49,750 nt of DNA from Anthoceros angustus (Eukaryota > Plantae > Anthocerotophyta): NCBI GenBank assembly GCA_010909165.1, contig MU008240.1, positions 1 through 49,750 of the forward strand, in the 5' to 3' direction. Below are positions 1 to 12,110 of the stretch, piece by piece; within the stretch, counting starts at the first letter, position 1; the number at the start of each line of letters is the position of its first letter. Both the position numbers and the translations under genes were made by a program. The notes beneath the pieces are model-generated. The model saw nothing but the letters and a program-made list of their open reading frames with translations. It was not told the origin of the DNA and ran no database searches.

Positions 1-39
1 GATGTGTGCCACGTGGCCCTTTCTCACCGTTGATGTTAG

Positions 40-2060
40 TTTCCTAATTTCCTTATACTAAAATACCATTTCCTATTTTCTAATTCTGAAAATTAGCCTC
101 TAATTTCTTAATTACCTATTTTGGCCTATTTATCTAGTCCACTAAAGACCCTATATATAGCAAGCCTATCACCTAAAACATAAGCTACTTTCCTTAGCAA
201 CCTATCTCCTACGTGGTAGGACATCCTCCTACCATGGTGGCGTTTTCCCTTTCTCCTACCACGGTGGGAGTTACTCTGGTGGGATACCTTCCTACCCTCT
301 CCTACCATGGTAGGAACTATTCCTACGGTAGGTGATCAAAACACTAGCGAGGTCATTCTCCTACGGTGGTAGGATCTCTCCTACCCTCGTCTACCATGGT
401 AGGAGTTTCTCCTCGGTGGTAGGACACCTCCTACCACTCATGTAGGTTACCTTTTCTCCTCACGGAAGGTCGTTTTGACCCGTTTCTTTTCCACATATCC
501 TCTTTGCCTTCCAGGCATGGTCCTACAACTCCCGCTCAAAAGGAGCAAAAATTTCCTTGCATGTCTTCACCAAACCATTTCTAGCAAAAGAGTGTGGGCC
601 CGTTTCAAAACAAACTCATTTAAGCTTGTTGCCCAAACTTTTTCGTTCCACAATGACCCTATGCCTGCCTTTTCTCTCCTCTCGAGGAGGAACCTTTGGC
701 GGCTCCTTCCTGCCTTTTCACTTCGAGGCATGGCGGCGCCTTCCTTTCCAAGTGTTTCGAGGAGTGGAAGAGATTATTTCCTAGTTCCAGACACTAGCAA
801 CCTCAGGCTTCGCTCCCAAGTGCTTCTCCTTCTCCAACTAGCAGTTAGGGCCGGTGAAACACCACAGCAGTCAATTCAGTCGGGTTTCTCGGCAGCTGCC
901 GTCGCCCTCTCGCTTCCTCCTTCCGAAGGCGTCTTCGGCAACCCAGCTCTGCGCTCCTCGCTAAGCTTCAATTTAAATTACCGTCACTCTTGGTGCTCCA
1001 TTTCGATGTCGACCCTCCTTGGCATTTTCCAGCAGCTCCTGGTGCTTTTCACGCTCCACAGCAACTGCCTCTTCTCCACCTCCTTTTCCTTTTCTTCTTC
1101 GCCAATTGCCCGGGGCTAGGGTTCCTTTCTAGCTTCCAACGCACACACAGTCCGTCCCCTTCTCGCGCGCCGCCTTCCTTCCTCTGGCGATGATGGCGAT
1201 GGCAGACTTCCTTCTCCCCTCTTGCGTTTACGCTCCAGCTCCAGTCTCGCGAAGTGAAGTTGGCTCAGTTCGAAGGGAAAGTTGGCCCTGCCCAAATTGC
1301 ACTTTGCCCTCTTTGGATCTGCCACACGCACGACCCTAGATACGGTCTATTATTCCAAAATCCTAATCCTACTTATGCTGCCTATTTCCTATTTTACCTA
1401 CTATCTCTAATTAATCGTTTTTAATTACTTTGTATATTTATTCCCCTATTGAGGAGCATATATAGTGGATATCCCCCTATTCTAATTTCCCTTTTTAGCG
1501 AGATTAGTGACCTACCACGGTGATACGACTTACATGATGATACGCTTTCTTTCTCAACTCTGGCGTAGTGTGGCGACCTACGGTGATGCTGCCGACTACC
1601 TCGAACCATTACGCGCCTTGCACGGGGAGTCGTTTTGACCCGTTCTTCTTCTTGGGATATCCTCTTAGCCTTCTAACAATATCCTACAACTCCAGCTTCA
1701 GATTCTCGAGAAAATTTCTGGCATGCTCTTCTTCAATCGTTCCTAGCCAAAAAAAAAATCAAACTTGGTGGTCTTACGGCTTCTTTGGGCTGGTTGCCCA
1801 AACTTTGCGTTCCTCACCCATGTAACGATTGCGCTGGCGTCTCATGGTGCCCCATTGCTTTCGCACAAGTCGCACCGAGGCCAGTGAGGCTGTCTGCGCG
1901 CACAAGTCGCAGCGCCTTCAGGGTGCCATGTGACCCGATCTTGCGCAGGCGCGCCTTGGCGTTGATGGGTCGGTGCACAAAGGCGCGCGCTTTATGCCCC
2001 CGGTCGCTGCTGAGGTCTATAACCCGGTCACGCAGCGCCTTTGAGAAGTAACCCGGTCGC
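40..2060 (-). mobile_element. Degenerate LTR-retrotransposon (Ty3/Gypsy-like gag-type) fragments, two related units in tandem (~40-1330 and ~1340-2060)
   Basis: Segments ~470-660 and ~1630-1820 are homologous (both start CGTTTTGACCCGTT, share GTTGCCCAAACTTT; minus strand reads KVWAT in both). Each unit has an AT-rich LTR-like block at its low-coordinate side. No intact ORF. Confidence 0.4.
205..445. repeat. Cluster of palindromic CCTACC-NN-GGTAGG motifs
   Basis: Perfect palindrome CCTACCATGGTAGG at 301-314 plus about eight variants (208-220, 228-240, 255-268, 322-332, 360-373, 391-403, 411-423). Confidence 0.85.
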
Positions 2061-2299
2061 CGAGGTCACCTCAACACCAGGTGCAAGCCCAATTGCGGCC
2101 TTTGGGGTCTGCTCACCAGTGCAAGCCCAGTGCAGCGCCGCGGGGTCACGATGCAGGCGCTGAGCCCTTGAGTGCCATGTGACCCCATGCGCGCCCTTGT
2201 GCGCGCCCTGGTGCATCTCCAAGCACCTGGTATAGGACATGGTGTCATCAGAAAAAAACTTGGGAAGCTCAGATCATCCTGGTCCACATACCTTGTCAC

Positions 2300-3200
2300 T
2301 TTTCATCTGCGTCCAGTCCACTGCGCAGGTCTTGAGTATTGCATTGCCTTGGAATCAGCTTGTCCGCACTTAAGACCAGCAGGCGATGACAGTTAGAATT
2401 CTTCAAAAAGAACTTCTCCTTCATTGTGCATATTAGAAGCTTCATTCTGAATTGCGACCGGACTTCATACTTCCAAGCCCATAGAATGTACCCAACTACA
2501 ATCTTCTACGTCCTCAATGCATCCATATACCCGTTCACCCAGAGCGCCGGAATAGGATCCAAATTCTGTTGGGTGGAGTCAGTTCCTTCTTCATGGATGC
2601 ACCATTCCTTGTCCGGGAGCCCCTGTTCTGATAGATCTGTACAAATTGCATTCAACACATTCTTCTCAACTGTAGTGAAAGGATTCTCCAAAGTGGTCCC
2701 TGGCACAATCCCGATATCATCGAACAATGTTGATGCGACATCGTCGGTAGCCTGATGCTCCCTTGGTTTACTGGGCCTTGTTGTGATGTCCCTTGGGAAG
2801 GCCCACTCTTCCCATCTGCTGCTCCTTGTGGTAGCAGTCGACTTCTGGTGTAGTGCGGATGTTGGTTGGTCATGACCACCACCCACAATCTTTGCCTCTT
2901 AGTTTCCGGAAGCTTCGTTCGACATTGACTTACATTGCTTTTGCGTTTTGGAGAGTTTGGGCTGTGGTGGAGGTTCAACCAAGTTGGCGTGTTTTGCACT
3001 TGCGATGGGATGGACATGTACATCAGAAGATGCACCACGTGAAGCATTAGAAATCGGAGCAAATCTGAGACCAAGGAAAACAAGGAAGGTTGAAGGTGTC
3101 TTGGTTTCATGGAACAAGCCAAATTATGGAGCAACAAACTGCTATTTGGGTTCTCTTTATATAGTATAAAGCGGACAGCCAACTCTTCTTGATAAGCCCA
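2300..3200 (-). other. Unidentified degenerate reading frame, probably TE-derived
   Basis: Overlapping minus-strand ORFs (2506-2886, 2899-3117, 2652-3221) with protein-like text (NLDPIPALWVNGYMD...VVGYILWAWKYEV); no family recognised. Confidence 0.2.
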
Positions 3201-4479
3201 TAGCCGTTGCCTTCTGATCAAAGTCTACCAGCACTTTGCCTAACCCTCATGGCTTTCTCAAGCGGACCCAAGCTGCTGCCTCAAATCGGTCCCCAAGCCT
3301 TGCCTCAAGCGGTCCCATGCCTACCAAAAAGCGGTCCCCGGCTTCACCTTAGCGAGACCCTCAACTACACGCCACGCGAACCTTAGGCTGCTGTCACAAT
3401 CAAACACCAAGGATGCACCACAAGCAACCACAGCTGCGGCCTGGCCGCGCACCAAAGTGCACACCACAAAACAACGGCGCCTGCACCAAGCGCACCGGCC
3501 GACTGCCCGGCGCACACACACACGAGTTGGGTGCACACACAGTGGCGAGGCTTCACTCGGATCTTGAATGTAGGTGACTCCACGCCCGTCGCGGATGCTG
3601 CGGCGCTCTTGCTCAGCCGCGAGCTGCCATAATCCTTGCACTCTTGCTGCGCCTTCGGCAGGCGCGCGATCACCACCGTCACTTGGGCGCTCGGCTGCCT
3701 CAAACCCGCAATCCGTATCGCTCTCGAAACATAAAGCGGCGCTCTGTGGGTTCCGACTTTCCAAGCGCTTGTTTCGAGGCTGCAATCTTGCGCAGATAAC
3801 CAGCTTGCTAACAGTGGTTAACTAACTGAGTTGAAGGTTAAGTCTAGGTTTAGATTATAGCCCTTATTTCAAGCGAGCGTTTGGTAATTAATATTGGCGG
3901 CTACTATAGCAGTTAAACCTTCCACCATAATCATGTATGGATATTTTAAGGTTCAAACCCGGATGGACAAGCTGCATACTCTTCTTCCTCTCGAGTTGCT
4001 TGACATTTTGTTGCAGTTTGAAGGCTAAAATGCCGCGCTTCTCCAACCTACTCTTGCGGTCGCGGGTCGGTGGAAGGCCATAGCGGCGATGGGCGAGTCT
4101 GGCGATAATGTATCACGCATGGATGTTTTGCGGTGGCGCCGCCTTCGTGTGCGTGCGTCGCGGAAGGTGGAGAAGGTGACGATCATGGACACCACTCCGA
4201 GGCATGGAAGGCATCGGAAGGTCTCTATCATCGATACAACTCCCGTTGGAGAAGGAGAGGATGTAGGCCAAGCATTGAGACCACGCCAATTCAGGATTAG
4301 GAGCAGGGGCGAAGATGGAGAGCGGACGGTGTGTTTCTTCATCGCTCTATGGAGGAGGTGGGGAATGATGGTACTGAATTATACGAGGCGAATGCGGGCG
4401 AGAGAACACCGCAGCGTAGCATCCGGTAGAGCCATTCACAGAAACGTCGATTGAACCTTGCCCGGTGAAGCGTAGACAT

Positions 4480-5160
4480 TATTCAAGCGGAGAATGAAGA
4501 GGACCATGAGTCTTTGCAGGAAATCTGAGCATGGTCTTCACATTGTAGCGTTCAGTTGTTTCTTTGCAATTGGGAAAGAAGAATATAGAGCACGAGTATC
4601 GCTTCTTGGGAATGCCTCGAGAACAACAGGAAATATATTTGCAAGGATTGCTCAAGGTAGAATAATCAAACTCTTGGTGAAATGTTCTCAATTTTCTCAC
4701 GGGAGGCAAGTTGCAATGTTGTGTCACAGTTTGGGAAAAGTGTTACGCATTGGATGGCGAAGGTATGAACATACGAAGCAGTACTAACAAACACACCATG
4801 GTCATCGAATTGAAGTTCCAAGGCATGGCGAAGATTATGTTGGAATGCATTGCTTGGATGGAAAAGTTTTTCAAGCTAACAGCTGAACGAATGCCCAATG
4901 TTTCTATTTTCAACTTGCCAGATTCATATACCAAAGGAGAGATATTCCAAGACTACAAACGGGAGGTTTCAAGAGTTGGCTTGACTAACGTCTCTCATTC
5001 TCACTTCTGTGCCTTATGGAAGAAACATTTTCCAAAAGTGAAGATACCAAAGTGTAGCCGTTTTTCAAAATGCGTCCAATGCGAAACGTTGAAGACATCC
5101 ATCGAGATGACCGGCAATCGACAAGACCAAGGTATTTCATTTACCGAGTTTTGTCTCTAA
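4480..5160 (+). pseudogene. N-terminal fragment of a DNA-transposon transposase (Sola-like/DUF7869-associated type, tentative)
   Basis: ORF 4711-5160: ERMPN...LPDSYTK..IF..Y...VSHSHF..LWKKHFPKVKIPKCSRFSKCVQC, a pattern recalled from such transposases. The DDE core is absent. Confidence 0.5.
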
Positions 5161-6172
5161 CTTCTATGGGTGGAGAGCACTCCAACTCCTCGGCACTTGT
5201 GCGCCTCACCCGACTGTCTTGTGTGCGCCTTGAAAGAATCGCCCGCGTGCGCCCACCCACCGGCGAATCCCAAGGTGGGGAAACGCCATATCTTCCTCTT
5301 GCTATTTACGATCCTTAGCGGCTGCGGAGAGCGATGACGCCGTCATCCAGGAGACGGAAGACAACATTCACCAAACTAGCTAAAAATATACACCATTGTC
5401 ATGTGTTGGAGACTGTTTAGATGTAAGTGCGCGCACAAGTTTGTCCACAAATACCGTGTCCAGTCTGAAGGAAAAAGCTGATCGTGAATGAGACTATATG
5501 GTTTTCCCTCGTACTTCCGATGTACAATGTGACATATCGTGTATCGCAACAATAATTGAAATGTTTGCGGGTGACATGTCCGGGGAGAAATACCAAAAAG
5601 GTTGATTCGGTGCAGTTTCCGGCGTGTGCAAAAGTCCGGTCGAAGCGTCCAGGTGTGCCAAAAGGGGTTCGGAGAAACCCTTTCTAAGCAGTATTTAAGC
5701 GGCTTACATCCACTCCACGCGCATCACCAACATAAACTAATTGAGGGTTTTTTTGCTTGTGATAAGTGGAGAAGAGCTGCCTGTTGTTGCAAATATGTGC
5801 CGTTGCTCCAGAGTCAACAAACCACGTGGAAGTGATCTCATGGAAAGAGGTCAGGCAAACTGTAAGTACAGAACTGCTACTCTTGTGTGTCAAATGAGAC
5901 TGCTGTCCATTGGATTTAGAATCCTTTGCTGTAACGTGAGCTTCAGGCCTTGCTTCCTTCTTAGGCTCACCTTGCTTCTTTTTCCTGCAGTCACGTTCCC
6001 AGTGACCCGGAATTTGGCACCAGTTACATCTCCCTTGGCGCTTAACAGATGGGGAAGAAGAAGTGTTACTCTGTCCACTGTTAGGTGAGAACTTCTTATT
6101 CTTTATTTTCCCCTTCCGGGGTCCTTTTGCTCTTGCAGCATAGAGGACCTTTTCATTGCGACCTGACTTATG

Positions 6173-6940
6173 TCAACTCTGCTCCTCTTGTAGAAGAGCA
6201 CCGACAACCTCATTAAGGCTAATGGTCGAAGGTTGTCCAGTAGCAACGGCTTTATAGGAGTCTCTAAGAGCAGCATTCTGACTAGACACAAAATTCTGAT
6301 ACGAAGAACGAAGGCTGGACAAAAGTTGGGCAGTCACATCCACCTCAGTCATACGGCTACCTAACGCGGCAAGCTGAGCCCGCAGGTACCGTAACTTGGT
6401 GACATGAGCCCCAACAAGGTCCCCTTCCTTCATCCGCAATCCAAAGAATTCATTACGTGTAGCAACAAGAGTAAGAATGTTCTGCACCTGATATGTGTCT
6501 ACCAGTTGTTTCCAGACCTCAGCTGCAGTGTCTAGAAACTCCACTTCTGTAACAGTGGTTTCATCTAATCCCAATAAGAGAATGGCAAACGCAACTTCAT
6601 TGCCCTTCTTCCACTTGTCTTTTTCATTTTGTGTAGGACCTGTTCCTCCAGAAAGAACCACAACCTGAGAGGGATCAGGCAATGATCCATCGACATATTC
6701 CCAAACATCACGGGCATTCAGAGTATCCTTCATTCTGGCTCGCCAGCTCTCAAACCGGGTAGGTTTTCCATCAAACCTATCCTTTTCTTTAAACTCACCA
6801 GAGTAAGAAGAGAAAGGAGAAGTGAGCGAAGAGGCTAAGATGGTTGCTAGATGTGGTGAGGACACATATGAGAGCCAAAGAGCATTCAGTGGGTCAAAGT
6901 TCATGACAAGGGAAGGCTGTCTAGAGCAAAAGGTGGGCAC
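6173..6940 (-). CDS. Copia Gag (Retrotran_gag_2/UBN2-type), 255 aa visible
   Basis: RFDG..FESWRARMKD.L...VWEYVDG...W...NEVAFAILLLGL...TAAEVWKQL..TY...RNEFFGLRMKEGD.V..HV..L..L..QL..LG...LLSSL..SY.NF is the typical Copia gag pattern. Confidence 0.85.
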   Translation of the reverse strand: MPTFCSRQPSLVMNFDPLNALWLSYVSSPHLATILASSLTSPFSSYSGEFKEKDRFDGKPTRFESWRARMKDTLNARDVWEYVDGSLPDPSQVVVLSGGTGPTQNEKDKWKKGNEVAFAILLLGLDETTVTEVEFLDTAAEVWKQLVDTYQVQNILTLVATRNEFFGLRMKEGDLVGAHVTKLRYLRAQLAALGSRMTEVDVTAQLLSSLRSSYQNFVSSQNAALRDSYKAVATGQPSTISLNEVVGALLQEEQS

Positions 6941-7269
6941 TCCATGAACAGTCGTGTAAGTTTTATGGCGAAACTACAGACTGATTCAAAACGAGGTGGC
7001 TAAGCTAGACTAACCTAAAAGAAATTCATGTGAACTGTGACTAAAAAACGGTTCAGTAACCTAATGCTCAGGAGGTGGAGAACTCAAGGGGCGTTTTGAT
7101 CAGTGGCACATAGAAGAAAACCAGCAACACTTGTACACCTTGAGGCTCCAGCCAACTGACACCTTGATCAGGGGTGTCGGTTGAGAGCTTGAAGGTGCAG
7201 GCTATGGCCCCTGGTGACAGTTGAAATCTGCGCCTTGAAACTTCACTGTGATCCTCTGCACGCTCTCTC

Positions 7270-7767
7270 TCAAGTTGGGATGAGAGAATCAAGGTATGGC
7301 ACTACGAGTTGAGCTAGAACATTGATGAGTTGATCTTGAAGAGACAATCTTGCAACACTCTCAGATAAGAATTGCAGCTCTCTTGAAAGAAGATCAATTC
7401 GTCCAGAAACTTCAGTGAAACAAACAGATTGCTGAGAGGAATATTGATGCAACAGATCCTCTAAATGTCTGCTGCGAGTGCAGCAACAAGGATGCTGTGA
7501 AGAATTCCTCAATGAGGAGTGCTGAAATCTTTCCAAGTTTCGAATTGAGTGCTGAAGTATCTGTGAGTTGCCTGTGTTCATCAGATTAAACGCATCCAGT
7601 AAAGATGAATGCCTCCCCTGTTGGTCAAATGGAACTTGTTCAAGAAATAGATTCGACCGCCTGGCCTGTTCCCTTAGTGCACTTGAAGGGTTTGACTGAT
7701 GCCTCCAAAATGTATTGCAGGAGTTCGCCCAAGTCGTACGAGGTCGACCCCTGCGAGGCATCTTCAA
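7270..7767 (-). CDS. Extra ORF in the 5' leader of Copia A (coiled-coil-like, ~163 aa from ATG)
   Basis: Uninterrupted sense ORF between PBS and gag with heptad pattern LEDLLHQ...IDLLSRELQFLSESVARLSLQDQL. Confidence 0.45.
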   Translation of the reverse strand: MKMPRRGRPRTTWANSCNTFWRHQSNPSSALREQARRSNLFLEQVPFDQQGRHSSLLDAFNLMNTGNSQILQHSIRNLERFQHSSLRNSSQHPCCCTRSRHLEDLLHQYSSQQSVCFTEVSGRIDLLSRELQFLSESVARLSLQDQLINVLAQLVVPYLDSLIPT

Positions 7768-8029
7768 ATTGTATACCTAAATCAAGTGCATATGCATTAT
7801 AGGCTAGATTACAAGTCATTCTAAGAAATGACAGTACATCCTAGTTTCACTAGACTGACATGTTGTAAGTGAGTGGCGGAACGAGGACTCCAACATAGCT
7901 CAGCCTTTTTTTTAAAGATAAAGACTGATTTTTTTTTTGTTGAAATCTCCGTTTCGCTAGTTGCGTACAATCATTCAGCTAGTAACTAGCATGGATTATG
8001 CAGCAGAAGTCTCAGAGCATCGTTTTTAT

Positions 8030-8041
8030 GCTCTGATACCA
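8030..8041 (-). promoter_or_regulatory. Primer-binding site (tRNA-iMet) of Copia A
   Basis: Plus strand GCTCTGATACCA followed by TG. Confidence 0.9.
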
Positions 8042-8559
8042 TGTAAATATATGAATAGACCTTGAGACACTTAGAGAGAACAAAGTGTACAAGAGTGAAT
8101 TAATTAAATGAAGAACAAAATTTGTCTTATATACAAAAGTCATTGTCTTAACCCTGAGTTGGGGAATCGTGGGTGGGCCTGCGTGGCCACGGACCTCCGC
8201 CGTTGTTCAACTAGGCCTCTCCGTCCGGGCTCCGCCGCCCCTCGAGATTCCGGCCCGGTCTCCGCGTGCTCGAGTGCATCCAGAAGCGTGGTCCCATCAT
8301 GCAGAGGAACAAGGGTCCACTGATGCAAATCACGCATATGCACACCACCACACGTTAGGGTCGTCACGGGACTGGATCGATCTCTCAAAGTTGTCTTGCA
8401 CTTTCGGTGACTCAGGACTCGCGCTAACGACGGACACCCAAGGGTCTACAAAGGCAGCGATTATCAACCCCAAAGAAGATGCTTTACTAGGCGGCGTCGC
8501 CCTCTTATACTACATACGAGGTGTCTTTGTGCCTCCTATTACGGTGATACCCATTTCGG

Positions 8560-10270
8560 TGTGCTAACCCAGCCCACTATCTCCCCCATCTTTCCTATCT
8601 TCGTCTCACAGTGGGAATGCCGAGATTCCTCCACAGCGGTGGCCCAATCCCAGCTGCCGGCAGTGGCGCGCAATCGGATGATCCTTGCAATCGACCGGGG
8701 CTCTCCCTCTTCCGAGACTCTGTCGGTGGAGCTCTTGGCGGTGGCACGACCCGCGTGACCACCAAGTCCTCCTCCTCGCCCCTTCGTTGGTGGGTCCACG
8801 CCTGCGGTCCACGAGCGGCTTCTGCACAGGTGGGCGGTGAGGTGATCCTCCTTCACCCTTCCCCACTCCTACGGCCGGACAGTGAAGTGTCAGGACCTCG
8901 GGGTTAATCGGCCTCGACTCAGGAGTTCGGACCTCGGTCAGGGCCTCGACTCGATCTGGACCTCAGTCGGCTGGACCTCCGGGAGTTCGGACCTCGAGGT
9001 CAGGGCCTCTCACCGACTCCAGTCAGGACCTCGGGGTCCGGCCTCGACTCAGTCCGGTGACCTCGGTCGAAGCCTCGACTCGGAATCCGGGACTCTCGGT
9101 CGGTCTCATGCCAAACCTCACAGGCATCCTTACACGGTCTTTTCGGGGCACGGTTCACCCACCGGGCCTCCTTCCCCTTGGCCCTCTTCTCCCTTGCTCT
9201 GCTCGGAGACCCCCTCTCCTTCCTCCCGGACAGTGCGTGACGGACTTACCTCTTATCGGGTGGTGTCCATCGCCTCCTTCTCGCTGGGGCTCTCCTTCTC
9301 ATTGCTGCTCTGGGTCCCCAAACAGGCGCCCTAGAGTTCCAAGTGGCGCACTGTCCCAGGGCCTTAGTCTCTCTCCCTCCTTCCAACTCTTGGTGGCCCT
9401 TCAATGCAGCCGGGGTGAGGCCGACCTTGGCCTTGAGGAGCTCCAGCGTGGTAGTGGCGAGTCAGTCGACTTCTTGGATAGCCTCCTCCACATGGGCGCG
9501 GGCACCGATGTTACCTCCTCAGTGCTGCAGTAATTGGGTGTCTTTGGGTGCTGCTGGGCCATCTCCGTAAGCCGAGTCCACTTGTGGTCTGGGCCCGGAG
9601 TCCAAGGCGGCCAGGCCGCCTCGCCACTCTGCGACCTCTGCTTCTGGCTCCTTGTCTCCTCCTCCCTCTGTCTCTACAGCTCGGCCAACTTATTGGCCAT
9701 GGCGCGACGTTCCCCTTCTGCCTTCCGCCGGACCAGCAACTTCTGCTCCTCCCTCAGAGCTCTCTCCCCGCCGTCCATTCTTGCCTAGAGGGCCACCATA
9801 TCCCTTTCCAGGCGATCCGGCAGCTCCGCCCGGCTCCTGGCTTCCTCCAAGTCCTTCTCCAACTCGGCGATGTCATGCTCCTTATTTCGCCGTCGACTTT
9901 CCTCCGCCCTCCAACAGAGCTGGAGTCGCTCTATCTCCCGCTTGTGGTCCGCGATTCTCCCTTGGAGAATGCGCCGCTCCTCCATATCCTGCAGCTGTGC
10001 TCGGAGGTCTTCCAGCTCTCTGGTGCTGGCCTCCCTCTCTTCTTCACGGCTTGCCCATGCTTGCTCACTGTGCACCTTTCGGCCTTGCGGCTACTCCCGC
10101 CACCTCCCTCCACCGGTTTCGATCTCGTCGGTAGTGGTCCCTGTCTATCTTGGCCGAAGCCTCCGCCTCCCGCGCCCCCTTCACCTATGCCTCCCAGCTT
10201 GGTCTTCTGCCAGCGGTTTCGGGGTCCGCCCTCTCACTTTGCCTTCTTGCCTCCTCTGCCTCCTCTTGGG
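8560..10270 (-). mobile_element. Degenerate retroelement-type accessory/gag-like region encoding charged coiled-coil protein pieces
   Basis: ORF 9785-10075 (REEEREASTRELEDLRAQLQDMEE...EKDLEEAR) and adjacent frames; GC-rich; abuts the truncated RNase H of Copia B. Confidence 0.35.
8890..9100. repeat. Imperfect ~30-35 bp tandem repeats (GGACCTCGG...GGCCTCGACTC)
   Basis: Motifs GGACCTC and CCTCGACTC recur about seven and four times. Confidence 0.75.
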
Positions 10271-12110
10271 CCACTCCTCTCCTCGAATGAAGTGATACTT
10301 CACATCCACATGTTTAGTCTTCTCATGAAACCTTTATTCTTTGCCAATTGGATAGCACTCGCTATCACAATGCAACTTTCTTGTGACTCAACCTTGATCC
10401 CCAAGTCTCCCACTAAGCGAGCAAGCCATATGGCTTCCTTGCAAGCCTCGATTCTTTTAACATACCACCTCTGTGGTAGATAGCATAATGCCTTGCAAGC
10501 AGAAATGGCCATGAGGCGCCCTCCATTGCACATGAAGACATAACCTGATGTGGACCTCCTTTTGTCCATATCCCCTGCATAATCAGCATCTATGTACCCA
10601 ACCACATGCATCTTCACTACCAAAACATATGCACAAAGCTTTTGTACCATTCATATACCTCATAACTTCTTTTACTGCCTCCCAATGCTTCTTGCCGAGG
10701 GTTTGACATAAACACACTAACCCTCCCCTTTGCAAAGGCAATGTCGGGGCGTGTAGCAATCATTGCATACATCAAACTCCCTATGAGTATGGGACCTTCT
10801 CCATTTCATCTTTGTCCTCCTCGAGCTTGGGCAATCCTTTGAAAGTTTCACATATGGGCAATGGAGTACCCAATGGCTTCCCCTTCTCCATGTTGAAGCG
10901 TTGAAGCACCACATTAATGTTGCGAGACAAATAAAGCGGATGCTTATGTCTATTCCGAATACACATGCCATGCCAATGTATGGCTCGCCTCTCCCAAGTC
11001 TGTCATTTCAAAGTGAGCATTCAACTTTGACTTCAACACTGAAATCTCATCCGTACTGTTTCCAGCAATTAGCATATCATCCACATAGAGGATCAAAATG
11101 AGTAAGCTTTGAACCTTAGCTTGCTTTGTATAGAGGCAATGATCCTCATCGCTACGTTTGTAGCCTTGAGAAAGCATAAATGAGTGGAACTTGTGATACC
11201 ACTCTCGTGCTGTTTCAAACCATAAAGGCTCTTCCTTAACACGCACGATTCTCTTTGCCCTTCTCAACAAAACCTTGGTTCTTTGCATGTAGACGTCCTC
11301 TTGAAGATCACCATGCAAGAATGCCGTCTTGACATCCATCTGCAAGTTCCATATCATTCCACGGCAACCAAAGCAAGAACGCCATAAGTTGTCATTTTGA
11401 CTCTTGGTGAGAAAATCTCATCAAAGTCAATGCCTTGTTGTTGCTTGAAACCCTTAGCAACCAATCGTGCCTTGTACTTTGGTTTGCCATCATGAGTATG
11501 ACCTTCATCTTGTACACCCTGCACGCAGAGTGCCTTCTTATCCTAGGCAAGCAACAACTCCCAAGTTTGGTACTTATGCAGTAATTCATTTCGATCGCAT
11601 GGCCTTCTCCCACTTTTTGTTACTCATTGACATGGCCTTTGTAAGAAGAGGGTTCCCCACAACTGTCAAAGATGACATAATCCGTAGATGGATCATACCC
11701 GTGAGGTCGTGTAATCCTCGCCTCGACTGACAAGCATTAATACTGTCCTCCTCTAAAGAAAAGTCTTCCCAAGTGGCATCTTGTTCTCATTGAAGAACAC
11801 GCCGTTAGTACGAACAACCTTTCTAGCCTCGGATCCCACAAACGGTATCCCATCTCACCACCATATAGCCAAGAAAAATACATTTCTTGGACTTAGGTGC
11901 CAACTTGTCCCAAACTCTTTGAACATGGCAAGATGCCTCATACCCAAACTCGCAGATGCTTGTAGGATGGTTCTTTCCGCACCATAGCTCCTCCGAACTC
12001 ATCAACAAATTTTTATTAGGAGATCTGTTAATAAGATGAACTGCAGACACGCCGCCCAAAACCCATTAGGCAATCCGTAGTTTGACAACAAAACCACGCA
12101 TCCTCTCCTC
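10270..12110 (-). mobile_element. Ty1/Copia element B pol remnant (integrase C-part, RT, RNase H; Tnt1/Tork-like)
   Basis: Frameshifted motifs: LPNGFWA (INT), [33 protein letters not shown] (RT), GYIDADYAGDMDKRRSTSGYVF, EACKEAIWL, HVDVKYHFIRE (RNase H). Confidence 0.92.

Larger units (their letters stand above)
5600..8150 (-). mobile_element. Ty1/Copia element A, internally deleted (partial 5' LTR, PBS, long leader, gag, protease remnant)
   Basis: tRNA-iMet PBS TGGTATCAGAGC (8030-8041) directly after LTR end ...TTTACA (8042 upward); gag ORF; protease motif WFVDSGATAHIC (~5800-5850). Confidence 0.85.

Noticed and set aside
475-1119. 214-aa plus-strand ORF
   Set aside because: Low-complexity S/L/F-rich shadow of purine-rich minus-strand TE coding sequence.
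5490-5600. Weak CACTA Tnp2-like peptide (NETIW...PMYNV...PG)
   Set aside because: Too short and degenerate to separate from chance.
9548-10483. 311-aa Leu/Pro-rich plus-strand ORF (possible membrane or env-like protein)
   Set aside because: Antisense shadow of the Glu/Arg coiled-coil frame and of Copia RNase H; it crosses an element junction.
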